Positions 39,981 to 47,317 of a stretch of DNA of 64,000 nt are shown piece by piece (within the stretch, counting starts at the first letter, position 1; each line of letters starts with the position of its first letter). Under the pieces are notes generated by a model. The model was given only the letters and a program-made list of their open reading frames with translations, had not been told where the DNA came from and ran no database searches. Made by a program: the position numbers and the translations under genes. This DNA is from Geobacter sp. Its GTDB lineage: Bacteria; Desulfobacterota; Desulfuromonadia; Geobacterales; Geobacteraceae. The stretch spans positions 2,404 to 66,403 of the forward strand of contig DNRQ01000007.1 of the NCBI GenBank assembly GCA_003499925.1, given 5' to 3'.

Positions 39981-40064
39981 AAACATACTATAGCAAAAAA
40001 ACGATAATTGCCAAGATGTTTATCCCCTGGAAAGGAGCAACCTGATACCTCCTGTGGCGAGTAA

Positions 40065-40258
40065 AGGAGCATAAGGGATGACGACGTATGGAAGAGAAGC
40101 TTCTGAATCTCGCCTTTTGCAAGCAGCGGCTCTCGGGCATCACCTCGCGGGATGTGGCCTCGCTGTGCTGCAAGGAGAAGGCGCGGACGGGCGCGACGAC
40201 GGCGAACCACCTGCTGTCAACGCTCAAGCGGATGCTGGACCTTGCCGTCAAGTGGGAG
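40065..40258 (+). pseudogene. Tyrosine integrase remnant (core-binding/SAM-like region)
   Basis: RSIRDDD, then after a frame change [34 protein letters not shown], resembling the integrase pattern FG..L..IT..D....T.N..L..L..M...A..W; no catalytic domain. Confidence 0.65.
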
Positions 40259-40336
40259 CACCACGTGCGCCAGGGCGGTGAAGCGCTTGCAGTAGGAATA
40301 GAGCAGGATGAAGCCGAGTGCCACCGGTGAAAGGTA
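40256..40336 (-). repeat. Perfect 81-bp inverted copy of ubiA coding sequence (63043-63123)
   Basis: Base-by-base reverse-complement identity, with mismatches immediately outside both ends. Confidence 0.95.
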
Positions 40337-40365
40337 ACGAACGTCCCCTTAGTTCCCCCCAACGG

Positions 40366-40457
40366 AAAAAGGCCCTCGGCGTGTGCCAAGGGCCTTTTCT
40401 AATATGGTCGGAATGAGAGGATTCGAACCTCCGGCCCCCTGCTCCCGAAGCAGGTGC
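40366..40457 (-). repeat. Array boundary 3: terminator hairpin plus exact 53-nt tRNA-Pro 3' copy
   Basis: Hairpin 40366-40398; 40405-40457 identical to 43752-43804. Confidence 0.95.
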
Positions 40458-40490
40458 ACTGGCAAAATGCTCTGCCACCGCCCAAGAACG

Positions 40491-40519
40491 TTGACAGCTT
40501 GTAGCATATAATCTACAGT
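40491..40519 (+). promoter_or_regulatory. Putative sigma70 promoter and operator of the addiction module
   Basis: TTGACA-17nt-TACAGT, with palindrome TGTAG-N8-CTACA overlapping; ATG lies 5 nt after the -10 box. Confidence 0.6.
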
Positions 40520-40524
40520 AGAGC

Positions 40525-40854
40525 ATGGCTGATACGCCCTACAGACTCGAATATTTCCTTGACGACAAGGGGGAGGCACCGTTCACGCAATGGCTGTACT
40601 CGCTCCGTGACAAGGTGGCCGTGTACCGCATCCGCGCCCGGCTTGACCGTGTGGCGCTCGGCAATTTCGGGACGACAAAGCCCGTAGGCGAGGGGGTTTC
40701 GGAGTTGAAGATCGACCACGGCCCCGGCTATCGCGTGTACTACGCCATGACCGGAAAGACAGTGGTTTTGTTGCTCATCGGCGGTGACAAGTCAACACAA
40801 CAGAAGGATATCGAGACGGCAAAGTCGTATTGGAAACGGCAGAGGGAGGGGTAG
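40525..40854 (+). CDS. RelE/ParE-superfamily addiction module killer protein
   Basis: PFTQWLYSLRD, RLDRVALGNFG..KPVGEGVSELKIDHGPGYRVYY, LLIGGDKSTQQKDI. Confidence 0.92.
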   Translation: MADTPYRLEYFLDDKGEAPFTQWLYSLRDKVAVYRIRARLDRVALGNFGTTKPVGEGVSELKIDHGPGYRVYYAMTGKTVVLLLIGGDKSTQQKDIETAKSYWKRQREG

Positions 40855-40856
40855 TC

Positions 40857-41168
40857 ATGGCAAGAAAAACAGGCGATTATCATTCAGAACACATCCAATG
40901 GCTAAAAGACCCTGAAAATGCTGCAGGATATCTTAACGCAGTCATCGAGGAAGGTGATAAAGATGCGTTGCTTCTGGCGCTCCGTAATATCGCAGAGGCA
41001 GAAGGCGGCATGGCGGTTGTTGCAGAGAAGGCCCATGTGAAGAGGGAAAGCCTGTATCGCATGTTGTCTTCCCGTGGCAACCCTGCACTGTCGAACCTGC
41101 TTTCCATACTTCACGGCATGGGGCTAAAAATGACGATACAGCCTGAAAAGACGGTAACAACACCGTAG
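40857..41168 (+). CDS. Addiction module antidote protein (HTH)
   Basis: LKDPENAAGYLNA, ALRNIAEAEGGMAVVAEKA..RESLYRMLSSRGNP; follows the toxin. Confidence 0.9.
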   Translation: MARKTGDYHSEHIQWLKDPENAAGYLNAVIEEGDKDALLLALRNIAEAEGGMAVVAEKAHVKRESLYRMLSSRGNPALSNLLSILHGMGLKMTIQPEKTVTTP

Positions 41169-41193
41169 CGGCAAGCTGCATAAAGGGAATATT

Positions 41194-41228
41194 AAAACCG
41201 GGAACTCTGTGAGAGGGTCCCGGTTTTT
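41194..41228 (+). terminator. Intrinsic terminator after the addiction module
   Basis: AAAACCGGGA..CTCT-loop-AGAG..TCCCGGTTTTT. Confidence 0.75.
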
Positions 41229-41646
41229 ACGTGGCGTTGTTCAAAAACAGCGGATTCCAGACTGGAAGTCAAAAAGTCAACTACGTTCCGCTAGCTTCTT
41301 CCCGACTCCGTAGACCGCTATGCCGATTTTTTCAGAAATTCTGCGAGCTCCTGCTTACTCCGCCTCAGCAATGCGATCTCTGATGGTGTCAGCATCCGGG
41401 GCGTCGGTGAGATACCGAGCCTCCGATTGAGTAAGGCAGTCGAAGGAGTAACCGACCGGAGAGACCGGAGGGTAATGGCCGAACGAAGTGTGGTTTCGGG
41501 ACTGATTCCCGCGTGAGCCAATGTCATCCCTGGTGATGGGCAAAAGGCTGGCGGTCGGTCGTCAGGTGGTCTCCGAGGGGGAAGCAAAGTGCCAAGGTAG
41601 CGAAAGGGAGCTTTGCGTGGACCGGAGGGGGACCGGAACCCCACGG

Positions 41647-41739
41647 AAAAAGGCCTCTGATTTGTGTCAGGGGCCTTTCTCTATGATGGTCGGAATAAGA
41701 GGATTCGAACCTCCGGCCCCCTGCTCCCGAAGCAGGTGC
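41647..41739 (-). repeat. Array boundary 2: terminator hairpin plus 53-nt tRNA-Pro 3' copy (one mismatch)
   Basis: Hairpin 41647-41678; 41687-41739 matches the tRNA except GAATAAG for GAATGAG. Confidence 0.95.
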
Positions 41740-41775
41740 AGTAGTGCGTCCCTCGGTCGAATGCAATTGCTCACC

Positions 41776-42033
41776 TCATTTCCACATATCCGCATCTACC
41801 TTTTCAAATGCCGACGTGGCATTCTCGAACTCGGTGAGGTCTTTCAAGCTCCAAGTGCCGGCTAGATGGTCCAGATCGTCGTAGATCACGATTCGTTTTT
41901 TCTTTTCGATACCAAGGGATTCCTTCAGAATCCTGAGCATGACGGTATTGACGCTAGTATCCTCACGACGAGCCTTTTCTTTCAGTGCTCCTGAGATAGC
42001 GTCATCTATGCCACGCAACGTCATAGTAGTCAT
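41776..42033 (-). CDS. Ribbon-helix-helix (FitA/VapB-like) antitoxin
   Basis: MTLRGIDDAISGALKEKARREDTSVN; AGGAGA RBS; adjacent to a PIN toxin. Confidence 0.8.
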   Translation of the reverse strand: MTTMTLRGIDDAISGALKEKARREDTSVNTVMLRILKESLGIEKKKRIVIYDDLDHLAGTWSLKDLTEFENATSAFEKVDADMWK

Positions 42034-42049
42034 TAATCTGTCTCCTCAT

Positions 42050-42442
42050 TCATCGGATCGCCAAAAGAAGGCCACTGATGCTGCTAAAGTGTTCATCGTA
42101 GGTCGCCAGAGCAAGGCCGTGCTGCAGCGCAGAAGCAGCGAGCCACAGATCGTTGGACGGAATGGGGCGCCCTTTCTGTCTTAGCTCCGAAAATACCTGC
42201 GCGTAATATTCTGAAGTCTCGTCGTCAAGCGTAATTGTGTAAACCCTGGCCGAGTCGAGAAATTGATCAAGCTCGGTCCGGTTTTGTCGTTCTTTATTCC
42301 CGCAACGGAATCCGGCGAATAGCTCGCCAAGAATGACGGCATTGATGCCGATATATTCAACTCGCTTCAAAAGGTCGACAGCTTCAGTATCATTTCTTTT
42401 GAAGGCGGCGTAAAAATTGGTATCAATTATGATCCGCTTCAC
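42050..42442 (-). CDS. vapC: VapC-family PIN-domain toxin
   Basis: IIIDTN, ILGEL, GRPIPSNDLWLAASAL..LATYDEHF; AGGAGA then GTG at 42442. Confidence 0.92.
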   Translation of the reverse strand: MKRIIIDTNFYAAFKRNDTEAVDLLKRVEYIGINAVILGELFAGFRCGNKERQNRTELDQFLDSARVYTITLDDETSEYYAQVFSELRQKGRPIPSNDLWLAASALQHGLALATYDEHFSSISGLLLAIR

Positions 42443-42671
42443 ACGCTCTCCTATCCGAATTCTGACACCACTTGGTGCAGTCATTATGGTGGCATGATTT
42501 GAATCTGTCAAATAAAAATGTTGGGCCGAGGAATTTCACGAGAACGTGGAGGAAACGCCGGGTGAGTCTATGCGAGAGGTTGACGAGGCATGCCACATGG
42601 GGCGGAGGGGGGACGCTGGGAAAGCGCCGGTAAAAGCCGGCAAATGTGGCCAGGGGGACCGTAGCACCATG

Positions 42672-42758
42672 AAAAAGGCCTCTGGCGTGAGCCAAGGGCC
42701 TTTTCTAATATGGTCGGAATGAGAGGATTCGAACCTCCGGCCCCCTGCTCCCGAAGCA
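42672..42758 (-). repeat. Array boundary 1: terminator hairpin plus exact 48-nt tRNA-Pro 3' copy
   Basis: Hairpin 42672-42704; 42711-42758 identical to 43752-43799. Confidence 0.95.
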
Positions 42759-42858
42759 AGCGTACTAGTGGAATGCCCGTCGCGAGTGTCCTTTTTTCAG
42801 GTTGCAATGACCGAAATAATGACCTAAAATTGACTCCAAATAAATGTGGAGGTAAGCC

Positions 42859-43104
42859 GTGCAAACTATACATGCCACAACAACGGTCAGTATCAGCGAC
42901 CTCAAGAAAAATCCTTCCGACATAATCAAGCGTTCACACGGTGCGCCGGTTGCGATCCTCAACCATAACCGCACCACAGCCTATCTGGTCCCTGCAGAAG
43001 CTTTTGAAGCTATGATGGAGCAGCTTGATGACCAATATCTCATCCAACTCGCCAAGGATCGCCAGCAGGAGCGCAGTATCAAGGTCTCGCTTGATGATCT
43101 ATGA
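42859..43104 (+). CDS. Phd/YefM (StbD-like) antitoxin
   Basis: GGAGGT then GTG; SISDLKKNP..GAPVAILNHNRTTAYLVPAEAFE..KVSLDDL. Confidence 0.9.
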   Translation: MQTIHATTTVSISDLKKNPSDIIKRSHGAPVAILNHNRTTAYLVPAEAFEAMMEQLDDQYLIQLAKDRQQERSIKVSLDDL

Positions 43105-43378
43105 GCTAGAGTTCAAAGAGTCGGCTCTTAAGGAGTGGCGCAATTTAGATAACAGCATCAAAGAGCTGTTCAAAAAACGTCTAGCTGAGCGCATTGTCAA
43201 GCCACGTGTAGAATCTGCCCGCCTGGCCGGATTGCCTGATTGCTATAAGATCAAGCTCCGGGATGCAGGGTATCGTCTGGTCTACCAGGTTTTCGACGAT
43301 GTGTTGCTCGTTTTGGTTATTGCCGTGGGCAAACGGGAAAACAATCTGGTCTATCGCAAAGCAAAAGAGCGGCTTTAG
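43094..43378 (+). CDS. RelE/StbE-family toxin
   Basis: MIYELEFKESALKEWRNLD, CYKIKLRDAGYRLVYQV, VIAVGKRE..VY; overlaps the antitoxin 3' end. Confidence 0.92.
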   Translation: MIYELEFKESALKEWRNLDNSIKELFKKRLAERIVKPRVESARLAGLPDCYKIKLRDAGYRLVYQVFDDVLLVLVIAVGKRENNLVYRKAKERL

Positions 43379-43712
43379 TTACGTGCCAGCCCAAGGGGAC
43401 GCTCTGTGGCGACCTCTACCCGAAGGCAGGAGGAATTTTTTGTGCTGAGGGGGAGTTAAGCGGGGCGGGGGGGCAAAAGGTTCAAGGGGTTTCGTCGGAG
43501 ACTGGGAGGCCCAGTACCGGAAAAGGACCGGAGAGACCGGAGCTATTCAGTCTAGGAAGCTTGCACTCGACGGAAAAGTCGCCTTCCTGTCGAGAAGGAA
43601 ACGTGGCAAGCTTGGGGGTGGCAGGGTGGGGGCGAGGGGGCAGAAAATCAATATGACAAGGTAGCGTAAGGAAGGTTTTGCGTGGACCAGACGGGGACCG
43701 GAGCGGGAAATT

Positions 43713-43744
43713 AAAAAGGCCCTTGGCTGATGCCAAGGGCCTTT
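43713..43744 (-). terminator. Terminator downstream of the intact tRNA-Pro (probably bidirectional)
   Basis: AAAAAGGCCCTTGGC-TGAT-GCCAAGGGCCTTT. Confidence 0.85.
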
Positions 43745-43751
43745 CTTAATA

Positions 43752-43828
43752 TGGTCGGAATGAGAGGATTCGAACCTCCGGCCCCCTGCTCCCGAAGCAG
43801 GTGCGCTACCAGGCTGCGCTACATTCCG
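43752..43828 (-). tRNA. tRNA-Pro (anticodon CGG)
   Basis: 77 nt CGGAATGTAGCGCAGCCTGGTAGCGCACCTGCTTCGGGAGCAGGGGGCCGGAGGTTCGAATCCTCTCATTCCGACCA; full cloverleaf, TTCGAA T-loop, encoded CCA. Confidence 0.97.
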
Positions 43829-43863
43829 AGGTGATTTCTTCCGACGGGCCAGTCAGATGGAAA

Positions 43864-43892
43864 GATATAGCAACTTTCGCGGCAGATTGCAA
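43864..43892 (-). promoter_or_regulatory. Putative tRNA promoter
   Basis: TTGCAA-17nt-TATATC with an extended TG, about 35 nt upstream of the tRNA. Confidence 0.45.
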
Positions 43893-44391
43893 GCAGAATA
43901 CACATGCGGCAGCCGGTCCCTGTAACTTTTTCTGACAAGGCTCCCCTTGCCCCGTTACTCCGCTACTTGTCACTTTATTTCCTATCTCCTTATCTCCACC
44001 TTTGTTGACGATCTCTCATCAAGACTGAACGGAACCCGTGCAGAATCATGGTAGCGCTTCTATGCATGCCGCGCTGGTAGAGTCAGCCAGCAGAATTGAT
44101 AGTCTCACTGGATAAACTGCTGCCTGTGCTGTCCTGCCACTGGTCCCCTGGCAACGCTACACGGAGAGGAAGGATCGAGGCTGCAAGCATTTGTTCTGCT
44201 AAGGCTCAAGTTTTATAGTAGTATGTCCGAGAAGGATCTGTAAGATAGGTTGGTGGCCACAACTTTGGCTCCGAGATTCAGTGTTATTGCCTACAGCAGG
44301 TGATCTCAAACCCGATTCAAGAACCATTGATCAAGTTCTCCCTGAAGCTGGGTCCCTACGTTCAAGGCCCGGATCGACAGTTATTGGGATA

Positions 44392-44552
44392 CCTGGTTAG
44401 TACGAATCTCCCGTAAACTGCGCAAACACCCCCTCCCCCTTGATGGGGGAGGGTTGGGGAGAGGGTGAAAAGCCCGCATAAGCCTCACCCTCCCCCCGCC
44501 CCTCCCATCAAGGGAGGGGGGAAATCCAGGCGGGAGATTGGTACTAATCAGG
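44392..44552. mobile_element. MITE-like palindromic element with 8-bp target-site duplication
   Basis: Ends CCTGGTTAGTACGAATCTCCCG / CGGGAGATTGGTACTAATCAGG; TTGGGATA at 44384-44391 and 44553-44560. Confidence 0.72.
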
Positions 44553-44722
44553 TTGGGATATGAAGATTTCGTTATCCGTTATATCATGGGAAAACCGGAA
44601 CTTGCAATAACCGTCCGATGGCATCGACGGCACCTACGCCACTGCATGGTCGCAGGGCCGGGGGGCGGTAAAGAGCGGCTTGGAGTGGGCTTCCAGGCTT
44701 AATGACTGTACGTGTGAGCGTT

Positions 44723-47311
44723 ATGAATGAGAACGTGAGGGATGAGGTGGCGCGGGAAAGAGCCGAATTGGCGGCGCTGCGTGTGGAAAAGGAGATGCTT
44801 TCCTCACAGGTTAAAAGGCTGGTTCGCGCCGAGAGCAAGCTCTACGAATACCAGGAGCAGCTCGACATCCAGCTCAAGCAATACAAGGAACTGTACGAGC
44901 TCAACAAAAGGCTCGGCGCATCCCTCGAACTCCCCGCGATCTTCGAACAGGCAACCGCCTACATCATCAACAACCTGGGCTACGAGAGGGTCCTTTTCTT
45001 CCAGCAATCCGGCAGCGCGGGAGGCTTTGCCGTCTGTGCCAGCGACGGATACTACGATCCCCGGGAGCTGAGCGAGGTTTCCCGGCTTACCGTTTCCCGG
45101 TCGGACCCTCTCCTGGCGCCTCTGTTTCACGGGGCGGAGTACCTGATCTGCACGGAGAACTGCCGGCAGCCCGAGCTTTCCGCATTTCGCTCCAGGGTGC
45201 AGATGGACGAGTACCTGCTCCATCCCCTAGGCTCCCGTGAGCACCCGGTAGCTTTACTTGCGGTCGGGAACTCGGCGCCCAACGCCCAGCATTACAGCAG
45301 GGTAAGCGGCTCCGAGGGGGAACTGGTCGGCATCGGGAATCTCGTGGGGCTGCTCTCCTCTGCCATAGAGAATCAGATCCTCTACGCCGGGATGAAATCG
45401 ATCCTGGAACAGGAGAGGGTTGCCGAGGCGAAATACCGCGGCATCTTCGAAAACGCGACCGAGGGGATCTTCCAAACCACCCCCCAGGGGAGGTTTCTCA
45501 GCTGCAACTCGGCCAGCGCGGCCATTCTCGGCTACGACACTCCCGAGGAAGCCATCGAGAGCGTGAGCGATATCTGGCAGCAGATCTGTGTCACTTCGCA
45601 GCGCCTCGGGGAGCTGATGGAAACGGTTCTGGGGGGGGGGACGGTGCAGAATTTCGAGGCGCAGTTCAGCCAGAAGGACGGCAGCAGGCGCTGGGTCCGG
45701 CTCAGCCTGCGCCCCTTCTTCACGGAAAACTCGGAACTGCTCCATATCGACGGCATCATCCAGGACATCACGGAGGGCAAGCGCAACGAGGAGTCGCTGA
45801 TCAAGTTGTCGCAGGCGGTAGAACAGAGCCCGGTCACCATCGTCATCACCGACACAAAAGGCAACATCGAGTTCGTCAACCCGAAGTTCACCCACCTTAC
45901 CGGCTACACCTATGAGGAGGCGCTCGGCAAAAACCCGCGCGTCCTGAAGTCGGAATTCAACTCGCCGGGACTCTACCGGGAGCTCTGGGATACCATCACG
46001 GCAGGAAAGGTGTGGGAGGGGGAGTTTCTCAACAAGAAGAAGAGCGGCGAACTCTTTGCCGAGCATGCCACCATCTCCCCGATCAGGAACAGGGATGGCG
46101 TAGTCACCCATTATCTGGCGATCAAGGAGGACATCACCGAGCGCAGGCAGCTGGAGGCCCAGTTGATACAGTCGCAGAAGATGGAGTCGATCGGACGCCT
46201 GGCCGGCGGGGTGGCCCACGATTTCAACAACATGCTGAGCGTGATCCTCGGCTGTGTGCAACTGGCGATGCTCAGGGTGTCGGAAGGGGAGAAGCTCTGG
46301 CAATATCTGGAACAGATCTCCAAGGCCGCCCAGCGCTCCAGTGACATCACCCGCCAACTCCTCGCCTTCTCCCGCAAGGAGATCATCTCCCCCAAGGAGG
46401 TGAACCTGAACGCCCAGATCATCGCGACCCAGGCCACCCTCGGGCGTCTGATCGGCGAGGATGTCAAGCTGAGCTTCAGGCCGGTCACCAATATCTGGAG
46501 CATCAAGGCGGATCCCTCCCAGCTGGATCAGATCCTGGTCAATCTGGCGGTCAATGCCCGCGACGCCATGGCCAATGGAGGAAGTATCGCCATAGAGACG
46601 GCAAATGTCCACATCGACCGGACCTACTGTCAGTACCATCTCGACTCAACGCCCGGAGACTACGTCCGGCTGGCGGTAAGCGACAGCGGCAGCGGCATGG
46701 ACCGGCAAACCCTGACCCACATCTTCGAACCGTTCTTCACCACCAAGGAGGTCGGCAAGGGGACCGGACTCGGCCTGTCCACCGTGTACGGCATCGTCAG
46801 GCAGAACAACGGGTTCATCAACGTCTACAGCGAACCGGGGCACGGCACCACGTTTCAGATCTATTTCCCCAGGTGTTCGGGAACGGCGGAAATTGCCGAG
46901 GAGTTTATCGAGGCGGAGATTTCCGGTTCGGGAACCGTGCTGCTGGTCGAGGATGACCCCCTGGTACGCGAGATGGCGCGGCAGATGCTGGAAGAGATCG
47001 GCTACACGGTGATCGAGTCGGAGACCGCCGAGCAGGCGGTTGAGACCTGTGCCCGGGGGGAGGTGCAGATCGACGTGATCCTGACCGACGTGGTCATGCC
47101 GGGGATGAACGGCAAGGAGATGGTGGCCGTCATCGAGACCATGCGTCCCGGCATCAAGGTACTGTTCATGTCGGGATACACCTCCGATCTGGTGGCGCAG
47201 CGCGGAGTGGTGGATGCGGGGCGGCATTTCATCCAGAAGCCGTTCGATATGCACTCGCTAAGCGAGAAGATCAGGGACGCCCTGCTGGGGGACCAGCGAT
47301 CGGCGCTGTAG
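44723..47311 (+). CDS. Hybrid sensor histidine kinase (GAF-like, two PAS, HisKA, HATPase, REC)
   Basis: QKMESIGRLAGGVAHDFNN, NLAVNARDAM, FEPFFTTKEVGKGTGLGL, TDVVMP; start uncertain (44702 or 44723). Confidence 0.92.
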   Translation: MNENVRDEVARERAELAALRVEKEMLSSQVKRLVRAESKLYEYQEQLDIQLKQYKELYELNKRLGASLELPAIFEQATAYIINNLGYERVLFFQQSGSAGGFAVCASDGYYDPRELSEVSRLTVSRSDPLLAPLFHGAEYLICTENCRQPELSAFRSRVQMDEYLLHPLGSREHPVALLAVGNSAPNAQHYSRVSGSEGELVGIGNLVGLLSSAIENQILYAGMKSILEQERVAEAKYRGIFENATEGIFQTTPQGRFLSCNSASAAILGYDTPEEAIESVSDIWQQICVTSQRLGELMETVLGGGTVQNFEAQFSQKDGSRRWVRLSLRPFFTENSELLHIDGIIQDITEGKRNEESLIKLSQAVEQSPVTIVITDTKGNIEFVNPKFTHLTGYTYEEALGKNPRVLKSEFNSPGLYRELWDTITAGKVWEGEFLNKKKSGELFAEHATISPIRNRDGVVTHYLAIKEDITERRQLEAQLIQSQKMESIGRLAGGVAHDFNNMLSVILGCVQLAMLRVSEGEKLWQYLEQISKAAQRSSDITRQLLAFSRKEIISPKEVNLNAQIIATQATLGRLIGEDVKLSFRPVTNIWSIKADPSQLDQILVNLAVNARDAMANGGSIAIETANVHIDRTYCQYHLDSTPGDYVRLAVSDSGSGMDRQTLTHIFEPFFTTKEVGKGTGLGLSTVYGIVRQNNGFINVYSEPGHGTTFQIYFPRCSGTAEIAEEFIEAEISGSGTVLLVEDDPLVREMARQMLEEIGYTVIESETAEQAVETCARGEVQIDVILTDVVMPGMNGKEMVAVIETMRPGIKVLFMSGYTSDLVAQRGVVDAGRHFIQKPFDMHSLSEKIRDALLGDQRSAL

Positions 47312-47317
47312 CGCCCC

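Noticed and set aside
40088..40330. A functional 80-aa protein
   Set aside because: Chimeric: an integrase fragment fused to the antisense reading of the ubiA piece.
31414..43751. Classical integron
   Set aside because: No intI, and no attC (RYYYAAC...GTTRRRY) sites recognised at module boundaries; the boundaries are tRNA-derived.
39294..43828. CRISPR array or several tRNA genes
   Set aside because: The repeats are tRNA 3' parts lacking the 5' acceptor strand and D arm, the intervals are 1 kb or more and contain genes, and no cas genes are present; only 43752-43828 is a complete tRNA.
43900..44700. Integrase or other gene upstream of the tRNA
   Set aside because: No ORF with recognisable motifs; only the MITE-like element could be supported.
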